A stretch of 52,125 nt of DNA from Dehalococcoidia bacterium (GCA_030740155.1 JASLXV010000092.1:1-52125); one strand, 5' to 3'; positions 1-9,689 are shown, numbered from the stretch's first letter. Notes: generated by a model from the letters alone, not told the origin. Numbers and translations: made by a program.

Positions 1-249
1 GATTTATCCTGCCGCCAGAAGATCATTCAAAAAGTTCGCGGACAGTACCGTCAACCATACCGAAGATGGCGCGGGCGTGGCCCGTTTTCTGGGCAGCCAG
101 CAACGCCGTGCGACAACTGTACACCGGTGCTTTGCTCGCCGTCTCGCCCCGTCGCTGCCCCCATGAAAGTATGGCTGGAAAATAACTAGGGTTTTCATAC
201 CCTTTCAAAAGCAGTTTCATGGTTTCATACCGCCGGTGACGAGCGAGTA

Positions 250-278
250 TTGACTACCTGCTTTACATGCTATACATT
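250..278 (+). promoter_or_regulatory. sigma70-type promoter for the RHH/HTH pair (probably near-leaderless)
   Basis: TTGACT (250-255), 17 bp spacer, TACATT (273-278); ATG at 285 with no SD. Confidence 0.5.
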
Positions 279-284
279 ATAGAC

Positions 285-461
285 ATGGCGACAACACAAG
301 ACGAACCTAGAAAGCTTATCGCCCTTCGACTGAGACCGAGCATACACCGGCAGGCCAAGATCGCCGCTGTCACGGCAGGGGTGACGTTGGGCCAGTGGCT
401 AGAAGCGGCTATCGGAGAGAAAGTGGCAAGAGAACGAACGGAGGCCAACAATGCAGACTAA
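285..461 (+). CDS. small ribbon-helix-helix (HicB/Arc/CopG-like) DNA-binding protein of an integrated element
   Basis: KLIALRLRPSIHRQAKIAAVTAGVTLGQWLEAAI has the beta-strand plus two-helix RHH pattern; 58 aa from ATG 285. Confidence 0.7.
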   Translation: MATTQDEPRKLIALRLRPSIHRQAKIAAVTAGVTLGQWLEAAIGEKVARERTEANNAD

Positions 462-726
462 GACGCCGTCACTGCGGCAGATAGCCGCCGAGCTAGAAAT
501 CAGCGCAGCTTACCTGTCCTACATGGTCAACGGCAAGCGGCCTTGGCGGCGCGATCTGTACCAGCGGTACATGGGAGTTGTTAACACTTTTGTGAACAGT
601 GAGCCGCCAAGTGTTAACAAAACTCTTGTTAACGGGGAGATTTTGGCCTTACGGGGTGGTGACCCGCCTCGGGGTCGAACCGAGAACCTACGGATTAAGA
701 GTCCGTTGCTCTGCCAATTGAGCTAG
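451..726 (+). CDS. XRE/Cro-type helix-turn-helix protein whose C-terminus is read through the antisense strand of tRNA-Lys
   Basis: SLRQIAAELEISAAYLSYMVNGKR is an HTH_3-like motif; SD GGAGG upstream; overlaps the RHH gene end. Confidence 0.7.
   Translation: MQTKTPSLRQIAAELEISAAYLSYMVNGKRPWRRDLYQRYMGVVNTFVNSEPPSVNKTLVNGEILALRGGDPPRGRTENLRIKSPLLCQLS
579..633. repeat. TGTTAAC-like repeats (candidate integrase arm-type sites)
   Basis: TGTTAACACT (579-588) and TGTGAACAGT (591-600) with 12-bp period; GTTAACAA-N5-TTGTTAAC inverted pair (613-633) beside the tRNA 3' end. Confidence 0.5.
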
Positions 727-732
727 CGGGCC
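657..732 (-). tRNA. tRNA-Lys(CTT)
   Basis: Reverse complement GGCCCGCTAGCTCAATTGGCAGAGCAACGGACTCTTAATCCGTAGGTTCTCGGTTCGACCCCGAGGCGGGTCACCA; 76 nt, full cloverleaf, anticodon CTT, encoded CCA. Confidence 0.97.
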
Positions 733-870
733 AGCTTCCGCATGGCCAGAAGCATAGTCTAGCAGGAATCTACCAAGAATTAAACGTCTATCAACCAAAG
801 GTTGCGGAACCGGAGTACGCGTACGCTACGAGTTTGGCGATGGCCATCCCCTGAAAACGGCGACTCAGGG

Positions 871-971
871 GTCCTTCCGGCCAAGGCCGGGACCCGGAAA
901 CACGTGTTTCCCTGTAGCCCTTGCCCTGGTGACGGTTGGTGCGCCCGGAACCCGGCCTGTGCCGGAAGGAC
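871..971. repeat. REP-like inverted repeat pair
   Basis: GTCCTTCCGGCCAAGGCCGGGACCCGG ... CCGGAACCCGGCCTGTGCCGGAAGGAC. Confidence 0.6.
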
Positions 972-989
972 GGAAGTGAGCAAGCGGGC

Positions 990-1571
990 CGCCTTCCTCG
1001 CTATTTCACGTTCGCCCGGGACGAAGCGGAACAGACGCCGACATATCAATACGAGACTACCCTACGAGATTACCCTGGCGGCCGGCACTCGGCCAAAGCG
1101 GTGCTACATAGAGAAGTAGCGCACCTGCTGGAACTACCAACCCAGCGGCCTTCCGGGAGAGCGAGCGTCTCTTACCATGATTTCACCTGCCGGACCCAGG
1201 GTCGGTTTCGTCGTGTCGAACCCGAGCTATCCACCCAACAGCGCAGCCCGCTTCTACCTTGGCCGTGGTACGGCGGAGCAATGATTAGAGGAGGGCAAGT
1301 ACGCCCCGAATCGGACCAGGCGGTCATGTTGGCGTGCCACCGGGGCAACATCGCCAGAGGCCTTGCCCTGCCGGAGGCGATCAAGCGCCCGATGCTGACC
1401 AGTCCTCAGACCAGGCTGATCAAGACCGGCGGGTGAATGGTGCGACACTCTCGCAGACTGGTGTTCCAGCCTACTGAGGTGTTGGTGGCCAGGGAAACGC
1501 CGGCCGGGATACCGGAACGGATCAGCCGGTTTCGGCCGTCGCCCAGCAAGCTCGCGTTGGCGGCACCGTAG
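990..1571 (+). pseudogene. IS1380-family (DDE_Tnp_1_4) transposase remnant
   Basis: Fragments in different frames: AKAVLHREVAHLL..RPSGRASVSYHDF; VGFVVSN..ARFYLGRGTAEQ*LEEGKYA..TR (from 1201); LIKTGG*MVRHSRRLVFQ..EV, all matching IS1380 C-terminal motifs; stops, frameshifts and deletions present. Confidence 0.85.
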
Positions 1572-1890
1572 TCTATGATGCGATAGGTTTGTCCGGAGCA
1601 ATCAGGTTGCCCCAATGGAGTGGCTTGGGCCACGACTGGAGATTCTGGGCGGTTATGCTTGGAGGGTGGTGGCTGGTTAAAACCCTTGGAGCAATTGAGT
1701 GAATCGGAGAGCCGTTGACGCGCTCCAAGCGCCGTAGTATAGTCCGAGCCGTCCAAGCGGGACCATTTGGGGATATCAGTTTCATCTGGGAAATCCTGGC
1801 TTGGAATTGCGTGGTTCCGCGGATCCGTGAATCTGGCCGTTGAAACGCCGGCGAGGGTAAGGCGAGTACCTGTCCGCCAAAGAGGTCGTA

Positions 1891-3015
1891 ATGCCGCTAA
1901 GTTCAGAGATTGTAGAAGTAGAGGACTATCCCAAAGCCGTCGAGTTGTTTCAGGAGAGAGGATGGACCGATGGTCTTCCAATCGTCCCGCCAACTGAGGA
2001 GGCGGTGACTCGGTTTCTCGATTACGTCGAGCTGGAACCGGATCACGTTGTGGCCGAGTTGGTGGAAAGGGGGCGGATCATTACAGCGGAGAAGGTGGCG
2101 ATCAACGCCGTGATGGCTGGGTGCAAACCGGAGTACATGCCCGTGGTCGTGTCAGCCATGGAATGTTTGGGTACCCCGGAATACCCGATGAATCACCTGG
2201 CTAGCCTGTCCAGCCCGTGGATAATGACCGTTGTGAACGGACCCATAGCCAAGCAGATCGGCCTCAATTCAGGAATGTACTGTTTTGGGTCGGGCACTCG
2301 GTCTAATTGCACCATATCCCGCGCCATAAGCCTGGTATTGGCTAACTGCGCCGAAGCCAAGATAGGTGGAGTACAGCGCGGCCAGTGGGGTCATCCCGGA
2401 CGGTTCAGCTATTGTATTGCCGAGAACGAGGATTTGGCTTGGGGGCCCCCTCTCCACGTTATGCAAGGCCACAGTCCCACAGCGAGCGCGGTGAGTGTCA
2501 AGGAAGTTTATCTTACCCTTTGGGATACGCCCACTGTTTACAATAGCGCGGAGGATATCCTGACCGTTATGGCGGCGGACTGGCCATTTGGAAGAGGGAC
2601 CTCATCGGCACGCGTTTATCTTCTATTCGTGCCTCCTTGGATCGTCGAAGTCTTCCAAAAGGCGGGCCTGACCAAGAACGACGTGCGCCAATACCTGTTC
2701 GAGAACGTTCGCTACTCGGTGGCTGACCTGAAACGGCGAGGTATCTGGACCAGCGCCAGGGATGAGGGGGCAGCCCTGGGGGTGATGCCGGACATAGAGC
2801 CCGGTGACCGAGACCGGTTCATATATCCGTTCACGCAAGATTCAGATGAATTTATTCAACACATGAGTTCAGGGCCCGTCGAAGCCACCAGCGTGCTGCG
2901 GCAGGACATAGTCCCCATAGTGGCAGGCGGCGATGCCGGCGGCAGTGTTCTTGTCATGCCTGGTGTTGGGGAATACCCTATAGTGACCCGGGCGGTGAGC
3001 ACGCGTGACAATTGA
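1891..3015 (+). CDS. conserved hypothetical 'GWTDGLPIVPPT' protein, typical neighbour of UGSC (seleno)proteins
   Basis: GWTDGLPIVPPT, EKVAINAVMAGCKPEY, VNGPIA, GHPGRFSYCIAENE and IVAGG motifs. Confidence 0.8.
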   Translation: MPLSSEIVEVEDYPKAVELFQERGWTDGLPIVPPTEEAVTRFLDYVELEPDHVVAELVERGRIITAEKVAINAVMAGCKPEYMPVVVSAMECLGTPEYPMNHLASLSSPWIMTVVNGPIAKQIGLNSGMYCFGSGTRSNCTISRAISLVLANCAEAKIGGVQRGQWGHPGRFSYCIAENEDLAWGPPLHVMQGHSPTASAVSVKEVYLTLWDTPTVYNSAEDILTVMAADWPFGRGTSSARVYLLFVPPWIVEVFQKAGLTKNDVRQYLFENVRYSVADLKRRGIWTSARDEGAALGVMPDIEPGDRDRFIYPFTQDSDEFIQHMSSGPVEATSVLRQDIVPIVAGGDAGGSVLVMPGVGEYPIVTRAVSTRDN

Positions 3016-3208
3016 ACCCGGCGTGCGGCCGCTTTGGGATCGCATAGGCCGGGTTGACCGAGCCGTCCGCTCGTTTCGGATTGAGCCGGCCAAACACCCA
3101 TCAAGCGGACGCTCAGATTTGCCTCACTAGGGGCCAGACGGCAGCTGACGACTCTCAGGAACCAATGCGGCAGTAGAGAAAGAATAGGTTGAGGCTGAGG
3201 AAGTAGTC

Positions 3209-3748
3209 ATGAGTATCAGAGTACTGAACCCTACGGAAACCGGCGGCGCGGTACTGAAACGGGCGCCCAGGTTGGGCAATCTGAATAGCACTGTTCTTGG
3301 CGTGCTACATAATGGGCGTCAAGGTAACGACGTGGTGCTGCGCGAAATAGTGCGGATATTGGAATCGAAATACACTTTCAAAGAGGTCGTGCGCAGGGCG
3401 AAGCCGCGACCGTTTAACATTGCCCCCGATGAGATCATAGATGAGTTGGCCAACTCCTGTGATGTAGTAATCACGGGGGTGGGGGATTGAGGGTCCTGTT
3501 GCTCGGGCAGTGTGCTCGACGCAATCGTCATTGAACGGCGGGGGGTTCCTTCGGTTCCGGTGGGAACAGATAAACTGGTTGAAAGCACGGGAAGGGCGAT
3601 GGCCCGAATACATGGAGTTCCGGATTTCCCTGTTGCGACGATTCCCTGGTCACGAGGAGGCATGGAGAATATATCTTCCGCCGATGATGCTCGAGCCCTC
3701 GCGGAATTAGCCGTGCGGCAGGTGGAAGAAATCGTCCTATCCCGGTAG
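3209..3748 (+). CDS. UGSC-family selenoprotein, 179 aa, with TGA 3488-3490 read as Sec
   Basis: ORFs 3209..3490 and 3512..3748 are in frame; read-through gives VITGVGD-U-GSCCSGSVLDAIVIERRGVP; SECIS-like hairpin immediately 3' of the TGA. Confidence 0.9.
3499..3524 (+). promoter_or_regulatory. bacterial SECIS-like hairpin
   Basis: TTGC-TCGGGCA-[GTG]-TGCTCGA-C-GCAA; G-containing apical loop about 20 nt after the UGA. Confidence 0.7.
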
Positions 3749-3954
3749 GGCACCGGCCTCAACGCATCCGAGCCCGGCGGAACCCGGCGCCGCGGCCCGG
3801 CTGTCCGGGCGATGGGACATTGAAACGATATAGAAGACAACGGTCCAAGGGACAAGTAGGACTTGTAGTAGAATACCCGAACCGGCGTTTTGCTATGATA
3901 CGGCGGGAACGTCGCCCCGGATCCTGGCCCAGGGGCGCCGGCCGCCCACGGTAT

Positions 3955-4686
3955 TCATACGCCGTGGCTCAGGCGGTCGATCAGGTATTGGGGCAGGTTG
4001 GCCCCCTGCATTTTTTCCTGGGTCCGGTTGATGGCGTAGGCTACCCGGTGTCGCTCGATTGTCGCGCTCCGGCTGTCGTAAACGGCGTAGCTGGCACGGG
4101 GGTCCCGGTCCCGCGGCTGACCCACACTCCCTGGATTGATGATCATGCGCTCATCGCCCAATGGAAACACCTCACCCTCGGTGAACTGGAGGAATAGGGG
4201 CGAGCCCTGATTCTCACGGCAGAGGAAGGGAACATGGGAATGCCCAACCAGGCAGAAACGGGTCCCCAGTAGCGCCAGGGTGGCCAGGGCGGACTCTCGT
4301 TGCAGGAGGTACTCCTCCAGGTGACTGCGCAGGCTCCCATGCACCAGGGTGAAAGGCTCGGCGACGGCCATCGTGGGGAGTCCGGCCAGGAATTCGGCCT
4401 CGGGGGCAGTCAGCTGGCCGGTGGTCCACTCGATGGCCGATTTGGCGGCGTGATTGAAGTATTCAATGTCCACCTGGCCTACCGCGGCGTAATCGTGGTT
4501 GCCGGCCACCGCCACTAGGTCGTAACGGCGGACCAGTTCAAGGCAGGGCCCGGGGTCCGGGCCGTAGCCCACCAGGTCGCCCAGGAACCAGATCGAGTCG
4601 AATCCGCCCCGGTTGAGGGCATCGTCGACCACCGTGGTGAGGGCTTCCAGGTTGGAATGGATGTCCGATAGGATCAAGGCACGCAC
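3955..4686 (-). CDS. metallophosphoesterase (calcineurin-like, YfcE/Metallophos_2 family)
   Basis: SDIHSN, GDLVGYG, GNHD, HGS, GHSH and NPGSVGQPRD motifs; GTG start after GGAGGAG. Confidence 0.9.
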   Translation of the reverse strand: MRALILSDIHSNLEALTTVVDDALNRGGFDSIWFLGDLVGYGPDPGPCLELVRRYDLVAVAGNHDYAAVGQVDIEYFNHAAKSAIEWTTGQLTAPEAEFLAGLPTMAVAEPFTLVHGSLRSHLEEYLLQRESALATLALLGTRFCLVGHSHVPFLCRENQGSPLFLQFTEGEVFPLGDERMIINPGSVGQPRDRDPRASYAVYDSRSATIERHRVAYAINRTQEKMQGANLPQYLIDRLSHGV

Positions 4687-4819
4687 CGGGCTGCTCCTCC
4701 AACGCGGCTTTCGGATCAATTATACAGGGTTTGATAGTTGGCCCCTACGCTGGACACCCGGTTTCTCCTTACCGGTTTCTCCTTAATAATGGAAAACGTA
4801 ACTCTTGGAGGTGACGAAC

Positions 4820-5827
4820 GTGACGAACAGCCCGCCTGTTGTCAGAGTCATTGGCACCGGGGGTAGTATCTCCGGGATCGGGCCTCACCGGTTGGACTAC
4901 ACTTTGTATGGCGAATTGGGTAAGAAGTTGCTCGTTGGGGAGTCCCTGGCTCGCATTCCCGAGCTGGCCGAAATCGCCCAGGTACGCAGCGAGGACCTGA
5001 TCAGCGTGGGCAGCACCGCTTTCGGACCCCAGGAGTGGCTGCCTCTGTCCCAGCGCATCAATCAGATATTCCGGGATGAAGACGACGTGGCTGGAGTGGT
5101 GGTCACCCATGGGACGGCAACCCTGGAAGAGACCGCCTACTTCCTGCACCTCACCGTCAAGTCTTCCAAGCCGGTGGTGATAACCGGCGCAATGCGGCCC
5201 CCGACAGCCATGGGCACCGATGCCGATGTCAACCTTTTGGACGCGGTACGCATCGCTGCCTGCCCCGAAGCGGTTGGCCTGGGAGTGCTGACCGTCCTGA
5301 ACAACGAGGTGCAGTGCGCCCGCGATGTCGTGAAGGCCAACACCTACCGGGTGGAGACCTTCCGGCCCAATGAGTTGGGCTTCCTGGGATATGCCGACTC
5401 CGACGGGCAGGTGGTCTTCTACCGCGCACCACTTCGAAAACACACCATGGCCACCCCTTTCGACGTCGGCAGTGTGTCTGCCTTGCCCCGGGTCGATATC
5501 GTGTACGCCTACGCCGGCGCCGATGGCCTGTTGGTGGAGGCGGCCCGAAACAACAAGTCGGACGGGTTGGTGATCGCCGGCCTCGGCAGCGGCGGCAGCC
5601 CGCCGGCCCTGGAAGCGGCGGCCAGTGATGCGGCCCTGCATGGTATGCCGGTGGTGCTGGCTTCCCGAGTGACCGCCGGGCGGGTGATTTTGACCCCCAA
5701 GAAGGAAAAGCAGGGGATCATGGTCGCCGACAACCTGCTGCCTCAAAAGGCGCGGATACTGCTGATGCTGGGACTAACCATCACCAGCGACCGGGGCGAG
5801 CTACAGCAGATGTTCTGGGAGTATTAG
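4820..5827 (+). CDS. L-asparaginase/glutaminase family protein
   Basis: GTGGSI, THGTATLEETA and TGAMRP motifs; GTG start after GGAGG. Confidence 0.9.
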   Translation: MTNSPPVVRVIGTGGSISGIGPHRLDYTLYGELGKKLLVGESLARIPELAEIAQVRSEDLISVGSTAFGPQEWLPLSQRINQIFRDEDDVAGVVVTHGTATLEETAYFLHLTVKSSKPVVITGAMRPPTAMGTDADVNLLDAVRIAACPEAVGLGVLTVLNNEVQCARDVVKANTYRVETFRPNELGFLGYADSDGQVVFYRAPLRKHTMATPFDVGSVSALPRVDIVYAYAGADGLLVEAARNNKSDGLVIAGLGSGGSPPALEAAASDAALHGMPVVLASRVTAGRVILTPKKEKQGIMVADNLLPQKARILLMLGLTITSDRGELQQMFWEY

Positions 5828-5859
5828 CGTCCTGTCATCTAAATAGCCGTTGGGATCAT

Positions 5860-5946
5860 CCGTTCGCCCCGAACTTGTCGAAGGGCCTGGGGCTGGTGGT
5901 TCGACAAGCCTGTCCTGAGCACGGCCGAAGGGCTCGCCACGAACGG
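5860..5946. repeat. REP-type palindromic repeat (CCGTTCG..GTCGAAGG / GTTCGACAAG..ACGAACGG family)
   Basis: Inverted units; related copy at 37812-37877. Confidence 0.7.
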
Positions 5947-6105
5947 TGATGGGGACGCCCATGATCGAAGGGAAATACCAGACCCGGTTGTAAGGCCATA
6001 AACGAGACAGTGCCCCGGCCTGGCGTGGCGGTCGCCCGTTCGGCGCGGTTTCACCTGCCGGGCCAGGAATCCAAGGGCCAAAAAACGTGTTAAAGGAGGC
6101 TTCCA

Positions 6106-6864
6106 ATGCCAGCTATCAGGACGAATGTTGCCAAAGAGAAACTGCAAAACGGCCAGTTGGTAGCCGCTATTTCCGGGCTGCAAAACGCCGATGTCATCGA
6201 CTTCCTGGGACCCATGGGGTTCGATGCCGCATGGATTGAGGGCGAGCATGGCCCGGTGGACTGGGACCAGATGGCGGATATGACCCGCGCCTGTGACCTG
6301 TGGGGCATGGCCTCCATCACCCGGATTAGCTCCAACGAGCCGTGGCTGTTCACCCGCGCCTTGGACCGGGGCTCCATGGGCATCGTGGTCCCCCACGTCA
6401 ACACCCGGGCCGCGGCGGAACAGGCGATGCAATCGGCCAAGTACGCGCCCTTGGGCTATCGGGGAATGTTCGGGGGACGCCAGTCCTACGGTGTGGCCGA
6501 CTACTTCCACCAGGCCAACGGCCAGACCATGGTCATAGTGCTCCTGGAAGAGGCGGAGGCCCTGGAGAACCTGGACGAAATCCTGGGGGTGGACAACATC
6601 GACGTGTTCTTCGTCGCCCCGTCCGACCTGTCTCAGACCATGGGGCACATTGGCGACATCGGCCATCCCGAGGTGCAAAGCGCCATTGACGGCGCTATCA
6701 CCCGCATCGTGGCCGCCGGGCGGGTGGCGGGGGCGTTGGTCAATGATGACAACGTTGGCCACTACGTCGAGAAGGGGGCCACGTTCTTGATGACCTCCTG
6801 GAACGCCTGGTTGGCCCGTGGCGCCGCCCAGTTCCTGCAGCAGGTGACCCAAGCAAAACGGTAG
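6106..6864 (+). CDS. HpcH/HpaI class II aldolase family protein
   Basis: WIEGEHG, LDRGSMGIVVPHVNT, KYAPLGYRG and FFVAPSDLS motifs. Confidence 0.9.
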   Translation: MPAIRTNVAKEKLQNGQLVAAISGLQNADVIDFLGPMGFDAAWIEGEHGPVDWDQMADMTRACDLWGMASITRISSNEPWLFTRALDRGSMGIVVPHVNTRAAAEQAMQSAKYAPLGYRGMFGGRQSYGVADYFHQANGQTMVIVLLEEAEALENLDEILGVDNIDVFFVAPSDLSQTMGHIGDIGHPEVQSAIDGAITRIVAAGRVAGALVNDDNVGHYVEKGATFLMTSWNAWLARGAAQFLQQVTQAKR

Positions 6865-6926
6865 GTTCGCCGGCGCCGGCGCAGAAGAAGTGTCATGCGA
6901 TTGTGCATCAGGGTTTGAATCCCGCG

Positions 6927-7010
6927 GGCTTTGCCTCAAAGTCCTCCGGAGCAGGCAACCCCGAGTGAAGCAAGGGGTGACCTTATTCAGAGTACCTTTG
7001 GGGCAAGGCC
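6927..7010. mobile_element. MITE-like element, family A, copy 1
   Basis: TIRs GGCTTTGCCTCAAAG ... CTTTGGGGCAAGGCC; shares GGGGTGAC..GTAC with copies at 28438, 39811 and 47219. Confidence 0.65.
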
Positions 7011-7031
7011 GTGCTAAGGGGAATGACAAGT

Positions 7032-8492
7032 CTAAGGCGAAGCCCCTTGCGGGGGAGTGGTGTTCCCGGCATCCACCTTGAGCGGGAGCAGCAGGAGGCC
7101 CCCCAGCAGGAACAGGACGCTGCAGCTGATCAGCAAGGCATCGTAGCCGAGGCCCTCCGACATCCGGTTCAACAGGTCTATGCCTGGGCCCAGCAACTTG
7201 GCGGCAGCCGAGCCTCCGGTGGTGGACAGGTTGACGATGCCGATGTGCGTTCCTTCCCGGCCACTGGTGGCCAGGTCATTGGCCAGGGCCCAGTTGGAGC
7301 TGAGGAGGACGCCGATCATGGCGCCGAGGACGGTGGCCATTGTCACCAGATCTGTGGTGGTGTCCGCATTCAACAACCAGGCACTGCAGAGCGCGGCCCC
7401 AACGGTGCCGGCCAGCACCACCGGTTTGCGCCCCAGCTTGTCGGACAGCCAACCCGCCGGATAGACGCTGATGGCCAGGGCCAGTCCCACGGGTATGATC
7501 AGTCTCCCCAGTTCCTGGGCCGGGTTCTCCAGTTCCAGCACATCCCGAACGTAGAAGAGCCCAAAGGTTGGGAAGGCGGTGATGGCGGTCATTATCATGA
7601 GGCGGGAGATGAGGTACCAGTTGAGTTGAGGGTGGAGACTCCGGGCCGGTTGCAGCTCCGGCAGCACCGGGCCCTGGGCCAAGGCCCCAGCCGATTCTCT
7701 GTTGCGGACGGTCACGGAGGTGATGGCGGTGGCCGCGACCAGGGTGGCGCCCAGAAGCGCGAGGGCCGCCCACCGCCCATCGATAACGCCCCAGGCGGCC
7801 CCAAGGCCGATGATGGCGCTGCTGGCGACTATGAGGATCAGGCTTCCCGCGGCATCGGATAGGATCTTCAGCGCCGATGCCACACCGATCCTGTTGCTTG
7901 GCACCAGGTCCCGGATCAACGCCTGGTACGGTCCATACCCGATGTTGAAGTTGGCCTGGGTGAATAGCCATACTCCGAACAGGACCGGGTAGCTGGGAGC
8001 GAACCCAACCCCCGCCAGTCCCACGCAGACGAAGGCGCATCCCCACAGCAGGTACGGTACCCGCCGCCCCAGCCGGGTGCGGGTCCGGTCACTGTAGCGC
8101 CCCACCATGGGTTGCACCAGGGCGGCCACTATCAGCCCGGTGAACGACAGCGCCGACAGGTAGCTGTTCTTGAACTCTTCCGGCGCCACGTCCAGCACCA
8201 GGACCGGCAGGATGATCGTCATCATGGCCAGGTCAAAGCCAATCATGCCGAAGCCGTAGGCGCTCAGCCGGAGCAGCGCCAGGTGGCTCCATTGCGACTC
8301 CACCCAGTCTCGCGTCATCCAGCCGTCCGGCATGGGGAGACATATTCCGGGCCGGATGCCACCGGCCGCAATCCTCGCCGCCTGACTCGCGGCAACGCTA
8401 GTCCCACTTGATCTCCGCCTGAAGCCGGCTCGCCCGCCGGGGCTGCCCTGAAGGTGCCGCTGCTCAAGCTCAATGGGACTCTCTGCCGGCAC
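7032..8492 (-). CDS. MFS transporter (start uncertain, may be 8318)
   Basis: About 12 hydrophobic segments; MFS loop motifs GRYSDRTRTRLGRR and GWLSDKLGRK. Confidence 0.88.
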   Translation of the reverse strand: MPAESPIELEQRHLQGSPGGRAGFRRRSSGTSVAASQAARIAAGGIRPGICLPMPDGWMTRDWVESQWSHLALLRLSAYGFGMIGFDLAMMTIILPVLVLDVAPEEFKNSYLSALSFTGLIVAALVQPMVGRYSDRTRTRLGRRVPYLLWGCAFVCVGLAGVGFAPSYPVLFGVWLFTQANFNIGYGPYQALIRDLVPSNRIGVASALKILSDAAGSLILIVASSAIIGLGAAWGVIDGRWAALALLGATLVAATAITSVTVRNRESAGALAQGPVLPELQPARSLHPQLNWYLISRLMIMTAITAFPTFGLFYVRDVLELENPAQELGRLIIPVGLALAISVYPAGWLSDKLGRKPVVLAGTVGAALCSAWLLNADTTTDLVTMATVLGAMIGVLLSSNWALANDLATSGREGTHIGIVNLSTTGGSAAAKLLGPGIDLLNRMSEGLGYDALLISCSVLFLLGGLLLLPLKVDAGNTTPPQGASP

Positions 8493-8758
8493 CCTGACGG
8501 TGGTCCATGATACACCAGTCGTTCCGAAGCCGTGGCCGCAAAAAAGAGCACGATAGGCGTATCATCATGGAAGAAGCTGTGCAAGGGTAAGATTGAAGTG
8601 GGATAGCGGGGCGCGATAGAAGCCCTCGGATCCCCGCCTCAGGCGGCGCCGAAAGGCCGGCGAGGCCCGCCCGGGCCTCGAGAAGATCGTAAACAGAAGG
8701 TCCGGCCATCATCCGCCTCAGGTGTTACCCGAGGCAGCTGGCACTTCAACGTGGTTCG

Positions 8759-9478
8759 TCACTTCAGCGTGGCAAGAAACCGCTCGATTTTCTCATTGAC
8801 CTGCTGGTACTTTTCCAGCTGGACGAAGTGGTTGCCGCCGGGAATGACTTCCTCTTGCGCGCCATCGATCTCCCGCGCCAGGTAATCGGAGTACTTGACC
8901 GGAGTCATGATGTCCCGGCTGCCGCAGACAACTTGGGTCGGAAGTTGAATCTTGCTGACCTGGTCCATCACGTCGAACTTGTCGCAGGACTGCAAGTCGG
9001 TCAGCTCAACGGCAGGCCCCACCTCGTTGGCCCGCAGCATCAGCACCCGGCCAATGTCGGACTCCACCGATTGGAAATACTCTTTCTGGCCCTGTAGCCA
9101 TAGCCCATTGTCGCGGCCCGGGTTCTCACAAAGGTTCAGGTATTGTGGGTGGACCTTGAGGCGGGCGCCGGTACCGATGAGAATAATTCCTCGAAGCTCT
9201 TCGGGATACATCAGGGCGTAGAGGAGGGTTATCGCGCCCCCCATGGAGTGGCCGCAAAGCACGATGTCTTTGTAGCGGCGGGCCGTGGTGTAACCCCGCA
9301 CCCACTCGAGATAGCCTTCGATGCTCACGCAGGCCTTGCCGGTAGGGTGGCCCGGCAGATCGATTGCCTTGGAGTTTCGGAAGTGACGCAATTGGTAGTA
9401 GAACGCGAGACTGGAGCTACCCGCTCCGTGTAGAAAAACCAACTTCATCGATGGCTCCTCGGTGATAATGATCGTCAT
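8759..9478 (-). CDS. alpha/beta fold hydrolase
   Basis: FLHGAG, DLPGH, GHSMGG nucleophile elbow, D-IMTP and GGNH motifs. Confidence 0.9.
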   Translation of the reverse strand: MTIIITEEPSMKLVFLHGAGSSSLAFYYQLRHFRNSKAIDLPGHPTGKACVSIEGYLEWVRGYTTARRYKDIVLCGHSMGGAITLLYALMYPEELRGIILIGTGARLKVHPQYLNLCENPGRDNGLWLQGQKEYFQSVESDIGRVLMLRANEVGPAVELTDLQSCDKFDVMDQVSKIQLPTQVVCGSRDIMTPVKYSDYLAREIDGAQEEVIPGGNHFVQLEKYQQVNEKIERFLATLK

Positions 9479-9689
9479 TCGGCGTGATGGAGTCCGCTTT
9501 CGTCGCAGCTAAGGCAAAACCATTGTATACAGGCCCTGCTGAGGAAAGCAAGTGTTACCGCGGATCACCATGCAATAGAGGATTCAACCTTGATCCGCCA
9601 GGTTTCGAGCACAAACCAGCCGACGATCGGGCCGTCAACGTCGCCCGTTGCAATCTCCTGAAAGGAAAAGGTTCACTCCTTTCCAATGG

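Noticed and set aside
1..220. Short minus-strand ORFs (4..198, 23..220) and the open + frame 1..189
   Set aside because: No recognisable motif; the + frame may be the tail of an element gene but cannot be supported from this window.
1434..1436. In-frame TGA in the transposase fragment as a second selenocysteine
   Set aside because: It lies in a decayed IS1380 transposase with other stops and frameshifts, and has no Cys-equivalent context.
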